Origin: an uncultured bacterium
GTDB taxonomy: Bacteria > Bacillota_I > Bacilli_A > RFN20 > CAG-826
Assembly: GCA_949296775.1 (NCBI GenBank)
Contig: CASFQA010000005.1
Coordinates: forward strand, 3,320 to 67,319
DNA length: 64,000 nt
Reading direction: 5' to 3'
Of this stretch, positions 28,501 to 37,844 are shown piece after piece. The notes beneath the pieces were generated by a model that made no database searches, was not told where the DNA came from, and saw nothing but the letters and a program-made list of their open reading frames with translations. How positions within the stretch are numbered: position 1 is the first letter of the stretch; each line of letters begins with the position of its first letter. Made by a program: the position numbers and the translations under genes.

Positions 28501-29161
28501 CGCGAGTGACCGCGTGGGTATGGGGGTTGAGGGCCCGGGCGCGGAATTCCTCGACCTTATCCATCGGGAGGAGCTTTTTCCACTCTTCCTCATCGACGAA
28601 TTCGACGTTTTGGACTTCGTGCGAGGTCCGGAAGCCATCGAAGTAATGGAGGACCGGGACGCTCGAATCGATCGCGGTGAGATGGGCGACCGGGGTGAGG
28701 TCGGCGATCTCTTGGACCGAGGAGGAGCAGATCATGGTGATGCCCGACTGCCGGACGGCGTAGATGTCTTGGTGATCGCCGAAGATCGAAAGGGCCCGGG
28801 TGGCCAAGGAACGGGCGGCGACGTGTAGGACCGCCGGCAAAAGCTCACCGACCCACTTGTAGATGTTCGGGATCATGAGGAGCAAGCCTTGGGAGGCGGT
28901 GAAGGTGGTCGCGAGGGCGCCGCCTTGGAGGGCGCCGTGGACCGCGCCGGAAGCGCCGGCTTCCGACTGCATCTCGACGACCTTAACCGGGGCGCCGAAG
29001 AAGTTCTTGTCGCCTTTGGCCGATTTGGCATCGACGAGCTCCGCCATCGGGGAAGACGGGGTGATCGGATAAATCGCCGCTACCTCAGTGAAGTAGTAGC
29101 TCTCCATCGCGGCCGCGCTATTGCCGTCGACGGATTTCATTGTTTTTTTGATTTCTGCCAT
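25592..29161 (-). CDS. nifJ: Pyruvate:ferredoxin (flavodoxin) oxidoreductase
   Basis: 1189-aa single-chain PFOR. Ferredoxin-like CIQCNQCAFVCP and CIGCGLCVSEC motifs. TPP-binding GGDGWSYDIGYGGLDH. Confidence 0.95.
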   Translation of the reverse strand: MAEIKKTMKSVDGNSAAAMESYYFTEVAAIYPITPSSPMAELVDAKSAKGDKNFFGAPVKVVEMQSEAGASGAVHGALQGGALATTFTASQGLLLMIPNIYKWVGELLPAVLHVAARSLATRALSIFGDHQDIYAVRQSGITMICSSSVQEIADLTPVAHLTAIDSSVPVLHYFDGFRTSHEVQNVEFVDEEEWKKLLPMDKVEEFRARALNPHTHAVTRGGAENDDIYFQAREAQNSHFEHVIEVAQKYFKEASRLTGRTYAPFVYYGDPEATKVIIAMGSVTETAMEVVDELNKRGEKVGLVKVHLYRPFSAKLLSEAIPASVKKIAVLDRTKETGAMGEPLYLDVIAAMASVGRKFDAIIGGRYGLSSKDTQPKDVKSVYDFLDAEKNWNGFTVGIKDDVTHLSIPVDEEFVIPHSYTSCLFYGLGSDGTVSANKSSVKIIGDATHQYAQAYFQYDSRKAGGTTRSHLRFGKDPIHSEYYVKNADFISCSLDTYIFKFDIISNLKDGGTFLLNTNMDDETLVKSMPNRMKHLLAKKHAKFYVIDANKLAAECHMGRHTNTTLQAAFFKLSPSIMDYSEAEKWMKKFAEKSYAKKGMDIVKNNWDAIDAGPKGLREIEVDPEWINLPYQKVATADTGDTYYDEYVEVIDRLDGDELPTSAFTKHELLDGTMNENITFRQKRAIADRVPVWDPTYCIQCNQCAFVCPHATIRPYLLNEEEVNNAPDIVKAGLKPALGTKDKTLKYRIQVSTENCIGCGLCVSECMANATAKRMGNDHYALKMVDAHGQAEQQKGADYLYYHCSEKKGEVSDATVKGLGFKKPYMEVSGACAGCGEAPYYRIVSQLFGKDMLVANATGCSSIYCGSTPLTPFVNDNGKDGPAWANSLFEDNAEYGFGMRIATDQKLARIADILTAAKASEKVSDELKAVIDDYLAHVKDREYVRSIVPTLMKLVDESKDEAVKEVKLYERDLIDKSVWIVGGDGWSYDIGYGGLDHVLANEADVNVLVLDTEVYSNTGGQASKSSQTGSINKFTASGKKEAKKNLALMAMAYGHVYVAQIALGANPAKAIQALKEAESYDGPSLVICYCPCAEQHIKGGLVNSISEEKKAVECGYFTTFRYDPRLKAEGKSPLTFDCKEPDFSKLRDFIMQETRFSQLPIVNPEHAEELLTKCEKYAEQRYHDIKKFGE

Positions 29162-29279
29162 TTGGGTTATGAAATCTCCTTGCCGTTAAAGTATAGGGCG
29201 AATAGGGGCCACTCTCAACGAAAAAAAAGCAAAAGCCCCTTAAGGGGCTATAGGTTAATTTTACTTAACAGTTCCCGCC

Positions 29280-31184
29280 CTATTTCTGCTTCAGCCGGTA
29301 AAGCAAACGGGAAAGGTCCCGGCGGAGGGCCCCGACCCTTAGTATCAATGGCAAGAACAAAATGCCGGCCGCGACGAAGACGGCGGGGAAAAGAATCGCG
29401 TCGGCCCCAATGCGAATAAATGGCATGGCATAACCCAATAAAGACGAAAGGTAACGGTATTCAGCCCAATAAGCGGCCCCGATCCCCAATGGTACTGAGC
29501 AAAGATAGGCGATTATCGAAGTAAGGGAGAAAAACGCAATCCGCGGATGCAAAAGATAATCCCGGGAAGCGCCGGTTAACCGAAGCAACAAGAGCCGGCG
29601 GTTTGATGCCAAAACATATGCCGATGCCATCGCCAGGCAAAGGGCAGTGGCCAAACACCCGTAAAGCAATAGGTCGTTGAAATTGGCCTTTATGTCGGCG
29701 TAGCGAAATATCTTGGGCGACCCTTCTTTGTCGACAATAAGAAATCTCCCGATGGCGACATAGGCATCTCGCTTTAAAGCCAAGCGTTTGACCTCGTCAT
29801 TCTTGAATAGGATACGGGAGCTTAACGGCAAAGAACCTGCGCCTTCGTTATTGGTGATGCCGACGGTCGAATAGAAGGAAAAAGCCGAGAACGCATTGTA
29901 ATTGATCCGTTCGGAATGGAGATACAGTTCGAAATTGGGGACGCTGTCGGCTTTGAAAACGCCGGATAAAGTCCACTCGACTCCGCTATTGACCCGGAGG
30001 ATCAATTCCGATTGGGCTTTGGTAAAGCCATCTTCGCTATAAGGATCGTCGATGCCATAGCTTTGACATATGCCCAAGTAGGACGGTTCGGGCAAGGCGT
30101 ATTCCAACGGATCATCCGGAAACGAACCGAGCTCGAAATCATAGGTTTCCCGGCTCAACAAACCATCGGTGAAAAACTCCTCCGACACAAAAGCCATCAG
30201 TTGGTTTTTGGCGGTAAAGAACTCCCGCCCTTGAATGGTGTAGTTCGAGGCGGAGCGGATCATCAGAGTATATTCCTCGGGGCTGCCGGAAAAATATGGG
30301 AGCATGTCGCCTTCTTCGATCATCGCTCGCGTCTGATAGCTGGGGACGACTTCATCGGATATAATCCCGGAGAAAACATTATCGGTTCGGCTGGTCAGCA
30401 TGATTCCGTGGAAAATCGACGTCGACATCAAGAAAACCGAGGCCAAGAACGCCAAAGCATGAGAACAAGGGAATTCGCGAAGCAAAGACCGCAAAGGCGG
30501 CCAGCGCTTCCTTGACGGCGAATCACGATGGGTTTTCTGCTTGTCTAAAAACGGGACCCCGCCCCCTTCGACTCGTCCTCCCCCAACCTTTAGATGGGGA
30601 AAGGAAGCATAGTCGGATGACAAAGTCTCATTGGTGCTAAAAATCACCAAATGATGGTGGCTGTAAGCTTTCGCCGCGCGCAAAACCGCCTCTGCGTTTT
30701 CCCGATCGAGGTTGGAGGTCGGCTCATCAAGCAAAAGAATAGGCCGATCGCTATAAAACGCCCGGGCCAGCGCCACCCGTTGCCTCTCGCCGGTTGATAA
30801 GCTCCGACCTTTCGAATGCCGCAAATGCCCAAGCCCTAAATCGACAAGAATCCGTTCCGCCTTCCTCCTATTCCGTTTGGCAAAAGGCAACAGCACGTTG
30901 GATAACGCCGTTTGATCATCGAATAGCAAGGCATCTTGAAAGCAGTAGGCAGCGGTTTCGGTTGAATAGTAGTCGCGGTTCGCCGGGCCGATGGTTTGCC
31001 CATCAAATATTAGTTCGCCGTCGAAGTCTGAATCGCGGCCAGATAGCATAGACAGCAAGGTGGTCTTTCCCGAACCGTTGGCGCCGAAAAGGAAAAACAA
31101 TCCGGTTTTAGGAAACGAAAGGCAAACATCTTTGAAAACGATGTTCCCTGCAAAGGTTTTTTCTTTGATACGGAGTTCAATCAT
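29280..31184 (-). CDS. MacB-like fused ABC transporter (N-terminal ATPase plus FtsX-type permease)
   Basis: Walker A GANGSGKTT, ABC signature LSTGERQRVALARA, Walker B LLLDEP. A C-terminal FtsX-like 4-TM domain with a large extracytoplasmic loop. Confidence 0.8.
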   Translation of the reverse strand: MIELRIKEKTFAGNIVFKDVCLSFPKTGLFFLFGANGSGKTTLLSMLSGRDSDFDGELIFDGQTIGPANRDYYSTETAAYCFQDALLFDDQTALSNVLLPFAKRNRRKAERILVDLGLGHLRHSKGRSLSTGERQRVALARAFYSDRPILLLDEPTSNLDRENAEAVLRAAKAYSHHHLVIFSTNETLSSDYASFPHLKVGGGRVEGGGVPFLDKQKTHRDSPSRKRWPPLRSLLREFPCSHALAFLASVFLMSTSIFHGIMLTSRTDNVFSGIISDEVVPSYQTRAMIEEGDMLPYFSGSPEEYTLMIRSASNYTIQGREFFTAKNQLMAFVSEEFFTDGLLSRETYDFELGSFPDDPLEYALPEPSYLGICQSYGIDDPYSEDGFTKAQSELILRVNSGVEWTLSGVFKADSVPNFELYLHSERINYNAFSAFSFYSTVGITNNEGAGSLPLSSRILFKNDEVKRLALKRDAYVAIGRFLIVDKEGSPKIFRYADIKANFNDLLLYGCLATALCLAMASAYVLASNRRLLLLRLTGASRDYLLHPRIAFFSLTSIIAYLCSVPLGIGAAYWAEYRYLSSLLGYAMPFIRIGADAILFPAVFVAAGILFLPLILRVGALRRDLSRLLYRLKQK

Positions 31185-32131
31185 GCAAAGTAATCAACGG
31201 TTGAGGGGTTATACCCAAGATTCCACCGAAGCTCATAGTCGTACCCGAAGCCAACATAAAGCGGCGATTCATCAGTCGAATCAACATCATCGTAATTTAC
31301 AACCTCCATATCGATGCCATAGCGAACGACGAAGCCGTTGCGATTGAAATTAGCGACGTTATAGGCGATTTCATATAGCGAATAGGTGTTCATCGTATAG
31401 GTAATACGGCCATATTGTGCATATTCGATGAAATAAGAGAAGCCATTGAATTTCAAACCATCATTAGGCAGTCGCTGACTAGAATAGATCGGGTCGATAG
31501 TGGAAATGGTCGCCTCCGAGGTAAACGTATATGAAATCGTGGTTTCCCGTTCATATTCCAAGTAAACGCCGTCTTGGTTAATCCCTCCTCTGAAAGCGGA
31601 AGTTAAAGTTGTGGATTCGCCGTAAGAAGAGGTATAAGTGGCTGTCCCGGTCGGAGAATCTTCCCCGGACATCGGCCAATAGATGATGCGATTGACCGAA
31701 CCGGTGTGGCTGCCGTTGCTGGTGTCCATAATTCTGGGGATCTGAACTTCAACTTTGAGGAAATAAAGGTTGTAGTTAGAATCAAATGTACTGCTGCCGC
31801 CGCGATAAGCGACGTAGCCGGATGTAGCAGAGGTCTCCGTGTGAATCAAAACCAACATCGAATTCTCGGTGAAGGGGGTCGTGAAAATGTCCATGTCGTA
31901 ATAGAAATACCCGACGCGAGAATCACCATACTGACCAACTCTGATGCCAGGACTATCAAACCCGAAAACATGGTTAAAGCCATCGGTTGAGACGGCGGAT
32001 CGACCGTTTTTGGGTTTCTCCTCAGCATAGGCAATCTCATACTCATCGCCTAGGAACGAGTAAGTATCGGTCACGGCTTTACCCGTTAAAGTCGATAAGC
32101 ACAAAGAAGTCAAAAGAATGGCTGCATTCAT
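31181..32131 (-). CDS. Secreted beta-rich hypothetical protein co-transcribed with the MacB-like transporter
   Basis: Signal peptide MNAAILLTSLCLSTLTG. Rich in S/T/Y/G. Its ATG overlaps the ABC gene stop (ATGA). Confidence 0.55.
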   Translation of the reverse strand: MNAAILLTSLCLSTLTGKAVTDTYSFLGDEYEIAYAEEKPKNGRSAVSTDGFNHVFGFDSPGIRVGQYGDSRVGYFYYDMDIFTTPFTENSMLVLIHTETSATSGYVAYRGGSSTFDSNYNLYFLKVEVQIPRIMDTSNGSHTGSVNRIIYWPMSGEDSPTGTATYTSSYGESTTLTSAFRGGINQDGVYLEYERETTISYTFTSEATISTIDPIYSSQRLPNDGLKFNGFSYFIEYAQYGRITYTMNTYSLYEIAYNVANFNRNGFVVRYGIDMEVVNYDDVDSTDESPLYVGFGYDYELRWNLGYNPSTVDYFA

Positions 32132-32252
32132 ATGTTTTCTTCCGCAAAGATAATATGGGCAGTTATTTTTTTGTCAACAGGCCACTGATCCAGATGCGTA
32201 AAAGGCACTTAGGGAATTACAAAGCAATTATGAAGAAGAAATTGGGATAATT

Positions 32253-32711
32253 TTATTTCCCGGCCTTGTTTTTCTTCAGCCGGCGCCGATCCCTTTCGAT
32301 CAGTTTCATCATCAGGCGGAGGTCGTGATCGGTTAAGACGATGGAGGTATCGATTAAGCCGGAAACGCTGGTGAGTTTTTTGTAGATATAGTCCATCGTC
32401 GATGAATAGCCCTTAAGCTCGGCGGAGGCTACGGTATCCTTTCTCGCTACCGACGCTTTCTTTTTGTTCGGCTCTAACGGGGTGGCGAGATATTCGCGGA
32501 ACTTCTCCCCCAGATCGCGGACGTTATAATCCGGATCTAAGCGAATAAGGGGGTAAAAATAAGCCAGGGTGTCGCCCAAAACGTCGGGATAGACCCCAAT
32601 CAAATTCGAAAGGTCATAGAGGGTGACGACTTTCCGTCTGGTCCCCGCGAGTGCGCTGATAATGCGCCGAATCGTGTTCTTGCTGGGCTTGGCCATAGAA
32701 GTATTATACAC
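32253..32711 (-). CDS. Hypothetical cytoplasmic protein (152 aa)
   Basis: Basic N- and C-termini. Last gene of the ABC-2/GNAT operon. No recognisable motif. Confidence 0.45.
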   Translation of the reverse strand: MYNTSMAKPSKNTIRRIISALAGTRRKVVTLYDLSNLIGVYPDVLGDTLAYFYPLIRLDPDYNVRDLGEKFREYLATPLEPNKKKASVARKDTVASAELKGYSSTMDYIYKKLTSVSGLIDTSIVLTDHDLRLMMKLIERDRRRLKKNKAGK

Positions 32712-32712
32712 G

Positions 32713-33165
32713 TTAATTTCGGTATTTCCGCATAAAGTAGTTAGAAAGATTTATGCCCAAGCGAACGACGATATTCTCTTTTTCAACCACGTAACCTTGG
32801 CTTGCGAAAAACGGCAAAGCGGTTTTGCTGGCATAAACCTCCAACGGATATTGCTCGCCCTGCTCCAAATAGCTAAGCAACGCTTTCCCAACCCCTAAGC
32901 GGAAATAGTCCGGGTCGACGTAAAGCCGGTCGATATACGACCCCTTGGCGTCCCCGAAACCAACGATCCGCCCGTCGATAAAGGCGACGGCGGTTTTCTT
33001 ATCGAGGAAAGAATCCCGCCACCAGGCTAAATCATGCCGGCCGATCCAGGCGGATTGCTGGGCCGGCGAATACTCCTTCCCCGTCCCTAGGCGGATCGAA
33101 CGGATGAAGACATCCTCGACGGAAGGCAGATCCGCCTCCTCGATCGGGCGGATGAGGATACTCAT
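32713..33165 (-). CDS. GNAT-family N-acetyltransferase
   Basis: 150 aa with an acetyl-CoA-binding-like R/Q-x-x-G-x-G/A block (QGYVVEKE...). Overlaps the upstream permease gene by 4 nt. Confidence 0.65.
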   Translation of the reverse strand: MSILIRPIEEADLPSVEDVFIRSIRLGTGKEYSPAQQSAWIGRHDLAWWRDSFLDKKTAVAFIDGRIVGFGDAKGSYIDRLYVDPDYFRLGVGKALLSYLEQGEQYPLEVYASKTALPFFASQGYVVEKENIVVRLGINLSNYFMRKYRN

Positions 33166-34067
33166 TTCCGGGCCCTCTTCCCTTGCCAGCAGGCGATTAA
33201 GACGAAAAGCCCAAGCATCAGCAAATCGGCGGCCCCGATGACCAAATACATGGCATAGAGGGGGACCGAGTGGCCGAAGAAGGCGAAGCTGACGTCGAAG
33301 CCATCGCCGATTCCCGCGACCAACGCCCCCGGCAGCGTCTCCCCCATCGCTTCCAAAGCCCCATTGAGAAAGTGATTACGGAACAAGACGGTCGAATAAG
33401 TTCCGGGCAAAAGGGAGGTAAAGTTCCTCACCGCTTCCCCCATCGAGGATAAAGGCATGTAAGCCCCGCAGATGAAGCCATATAAAGCCGAAATCAAGGC
33501 GCAGATCGCCGAATTGACCCCTTGGCTGCGGGTGAAGCTCCAAATGAGGTTGGCCAGCAAGCAGGCGAAGGCGCTGGTCAAGACGATATCGACCGCGATG
33601 AGCAAAACATCAAGGAAGGAAAGATAAAATCCGACCGCCGACAAATAGATGAGCCCGATCCCCAGTAAGGCAAAGCTGACGATGAGGGTCGAAATCAGGT
33701 TGGACAAAACATAACTAAGGGTCAAAAGCCATCGGGGCAACGGGGTGACTAGGAAGTCGAGGTCGGCTTTATTGACCTTATCGATAATCATGACGCCGGA
33801 GCAGAAACTGACGGTAAAGCAAGAGGTGGCCAAGACCGAGGAGACAAGCCAGCCTCCGGTGAAGCCGTCGATCAACGTTTGCTCGATCGTTAACCCGCCC
33901 AATAGATTAAGCAAGGTCTGCTCGTAGTTCCGCCCAAGGAAGGTGATGAAAAGCAACAAAAGGATCATCGGGGTGATGAGGGAAACCAAAAAGGTCATCG
34001 GATCCTTGAAATAGAGTTTGCAGTTCCGCCTTATCAGGGCGGAGAAAGCCCGATAGTTCTGCTTCAT
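33162..34067 (-). CDS. ABC-2 type transporter permease
   Basis: 301 aa with 6 TM helices. Translationally coupled to the ABC ATPase gene. Confidence 0.7.
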   Translation of the reverse strand: MKQNYRAFSALIRRNCKLYFKDPMTFLVSLITPMILLLLFITFLGRNYEQTLLNLLGGLTIEQTLIDGFTGGWLVSSVLATSCFTVSFCSGVMIIDKVNKADLDFLVTPLPRWLLTLSYVLSNLISTLIVSFALLGIGLIYLSAVGFYLSFLDVLLIAVDIVLTSAFACLLANLIWSFTRSQGVNSAICALISALYGFICGAYMPLSSMGEAVRNFTSLLPGTYSTVLFRNHFLNGALEAMGETLPGALVAGIGDGFDVSFAFFGHSVPLYAMYLVIGAADLLMLGLFVLIACWQGKRARK

Positions 34068-34975
34068 TGATTGGCTAATTCCTTCCCGGTGACGGCGAGG
34101 AAGACGTCATCCATCGTCCCTTTGATGATCTCGGCATCCTCGATGTAGGCGGAATGGCGGGACAAAAAGCCCATCGCCTGCTTGGTCGAGCGGAATTTGA
34201 TTTCAACCCCGACCTTAATAGGCCGATACTCAACCCGTTGTTCCGCCAATAGATTGAGGAAATCCGGCTCATAACGGTAAATCCGGAGATAATCGCCGGC
34301 GTAACGTTCCTTCAATTCGATCGGTTTGCCTTCGGCGACCGCCTTCCCTTTGTCGATGAGGAGGACGTAATCGGCGATGGCCGCTTCCTCCATATAATGG
34401 GTGGTCAGGATGACGGTCAGCTTCCTTTCCTTCCGCAAACGCTCGATTAAGTCCCATACCAGCTTTCTAGTCAAAGGATCGAGCCCAGTCGTCGGCTCAT
34501 CCAAAATCAATATCCGGGGGTCATGGATCAAAGCCCGAGCCAAGTCTACTTTCCGGATTTGCCCGCCGCTTAATTGGTTGAGCGGCCGCTTCAGAATCCC
34601 CCGCAAATCCAAAGCCGATGAAAGAAAAGCGAGGTTCTGCGCGAATTGGTCGCGTCCTAGCCCGTATAAGCGAGAACGATAGTAAAGATTATCGTAAACC
34701 GAAAGCCGTTTATCGAGGATTGATTGCTGAAAGACGATGCCGATTGAAGGGAGGAAGGCGGCTTTTTCCTCAATCGGATGGCCCAAAACCGTCAAACAAC
34801 CGGAATCGGGCCGCAAAAGGCCAACCAAAATGCTGATGGTGGTCGATTTGCCAGCCCCATTGACCCCTAAAAAAGCGAAAAGCTCCCCTTCGCGGACGCG
34901 GAAGGACAGACCATCAACCGCGGTTAACTCGCCATAGCTTTTACGGAGGTCATGGATCTCGATGACGTTGTTCAC
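34064..34975 (-). CDS. ABC transporter ATP-binding protein
   Basis: Walker A GVNGAGKST, signature LSGGQIRKVDLARAL, Walker B LILDEPT. GTG start. Confidence 0.85.
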   Translation of the reverse strand: MNNVIEIHDLRKSYGELTAVDGLSFRVREGELFAFLGVNGAGKSTTISILVGLLRPDSGCLTVLGHPIEEKAAFLPSIGIVFQQSILDKRLSVYDNLYYRSRLYGLGRDQFAQNLAFLSSALDLRGILKRPLNQLSGGQIRKVDLARALIHDPRILILDEPTTGLDPLTRKLVWDLIERLRKERKLTVILTTHYMEEAAIADYVLLIDKGKAVAEGKPIELKERYAGDYLRIYRYEPDFLNLLAEQRVEYRPIKVGVEIKFRSTKQAMGFLSRHSAYIEDAEIIKGTMDDVFLAVTGKELANQ

Positions 34976-35043
34976 TCGGTTATTTTATCGAAAATTCCCC
35001 GATGTGGCCTATAAAAGTTTTGTTAAATCGGAACGACAAAAAA

Positions 35044-35268
35044 CTCAAAGCGTTTCCCAATAGCCCGATTTCCGTGATCCGACTCTCCGGACATATCCCT
35101 TTTTGACAAGGGAATCGATGTGCCGGTGGACGGTGGGAACGGAAACGCCAACCAATTGAGACAGCTCTATCAGATTGAGATATTTATCTTGTTTCAAAGC
35201 CTTGATTATCTTTTGGTCAATGGCGTTTATCTTATCATTTATCTTATCATTTATCTTATCATCGAAGG
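35044..35268 (-). CDS. Small winged-helix (AsnC/Lrp-type HTH_24-like) DNA-binding protein lacking a canonical start codon
   Basis: Not in the ORF track. Minus-strand translation gives DDKINDKINDKINAIDQKIIKALKQDKYLNLIELSQLVGVSVPTVHRHIDSLVKKGYVRRVGSRKSGYWETL*. No ATG, GTG or TTG lies in frame after the upstream stop. Confidence 0.45.
35228..35265. repeat. Tandem 12-nt repeat x3 (ATTTATCTTATC)
   Basis: Seen directly. It encodes DKIN x3 at the 5' end of the small HTH gene. Confidence 0.8.
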
Positions 35269-35320
35269 CTAAGCCGATAAGAAAAACGCCTGGCGGGGGC
35301 CGGCGTTATCAATCGTTTTT

Positions 35321-35396
<76 letters not shown>

Positions 35397-35458
35397 GTGG
35401 CGCTATTTAGCGCTCAACAAGTATACCCCTACCCCCTAATGGGTACAATAGGCAATTT

Positions 35459-36514
35459 TCACTCCGAACCCTGATCGTCATTTTCTTCGATGCCATCGTG
35501 ATTATCCACGGTTTCTTCTGTTCCGATTACCCCATAGACCAAGGTCCCCGACAGCCGATCATGCAGGCTTTGTTTCCGCTTGCTCATGAGCAAGACGATG
35601 AAATCGACCAAGAAGAGGAAACCGGAAAGAAGGATCAAAAACGAAGCGTTGAAAGGCAAAGCCGGAAGCATAAAGAGGAAGGCGATAAATAGATAATGCC
35701 GAAGACATTGATGCCACCTGGCTTGCTTCCCGTCTTTATCGACTAGATGAAGGCGGAAAACCAACTTACCGACCGTCCGTCCTTTGAATAGCGATGGAAC
35801 CAAGCCGAAGATAAGGAGAGGGGGGATCAAAATAGAGGGCAACGATTCAAAATAAAGGATGTCCGAGCATTCTTGATAAAGAGAAAGGTAAACCGGCTGC
35901 TCGCTGAAATGGTAAAAGGCGTCGACATAAGCCCCTTTCGCCACCCCATCCTCGACTCGATAGTAGAAAGATAGAAGCCGCTCCGCCGCCTCCTCTTTGC
36001 TCTCTTCATCGGCAAGCTGCCCCTTAATCGAATCGGAATACTCCGGCTTATCCGTCAAGGAGGACGGCAGAGCGAAATAGGGGTTGATGGAAGAGCCGTC
36101 ATAGCCATAGACGTGTTCATAAATCCAGCGCCCCACCGCTTCCGCGTCGCTTTCGTCGCCGAGGAAACCATCCTCGGGATAAAACCGCAGGTCGGGATTA
36201 ACGGCGACCGCGAAGTAATAATCCCACACGATCGATCCATATTCATCGGCCCCCAGGGTCCCGTCCTCGCCGATCGGATCGAAATAGAAGGCCGTCCCCT
36301 TCTCATCGGCTAAGCCAGACTCATCGACTAAAGATGACATCGCCTCACGTTTCGCCTCATACCCCAATGGGGATTCGATTCCATATTTCCCCAAGGTGAA
36401 ATACAAAACGATCGACAAAACGAGGGAAACGCCGGCGTCGAGTAAGAAGGCGAAGCAACGGGTGCCATAGCCTTTGAAGCCTAAAACCTTATCCATGCTA
36501 GGCGATTTTAGCAT
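35459..36514 (-). CDS. RDD-family membrane protein
   Basis: N-terminal RDD-like TM domain (YGTRCFAFLLDAGVSLVLSIV). GGAGGG RBS. Confidence 0.6.
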   Translation of the reverse strand: MLKSPSMDKVLGFKGYGTRCFAFLLDAGVSLVLSIVLYFTLGKYGIESPLGYEAKREAMSSLVDESGLADEKGTAFYFDPIGEDGTLGADEYGSIVWDYYFAVAVNPDLRFYPEDGFLGDESDAEAVGRWIYEHVYGYDGSSINPYFALPSSLTDKPEYSDSIKGQLADEESKEEAAERLLSFYYRVEDGVAKGAYVDAFYHFSEQPVYLSLYQECSDILYFESLPSILIPPLLIFGLVPSLFKGRTVGKLVFRLHLVDKDGKQARWHQCLRHYLFIAFLFMLPALPFNASFLILLSGFLFLVDFIVLLMSKRKQSLHDRLSGTLVYGVIGTEETVDNHDGIEENDDQGSE

Positions 36515-36561
36515 AAGAAAAGCCCTCCGCCGAAGCAGAGGGCTAATTTGGCTAAATCCTA

Positions 36562-37755
<1,194 letters not shown>

Positions 37756-37844
37756 TTGTTATTTCCTCCAAAAATGGTTTAAGACTTTCTGGCTTGCTAA
37801 TGATAAGACAAGCGGATTTTCTTTACAATACTTATCAGTATTGC

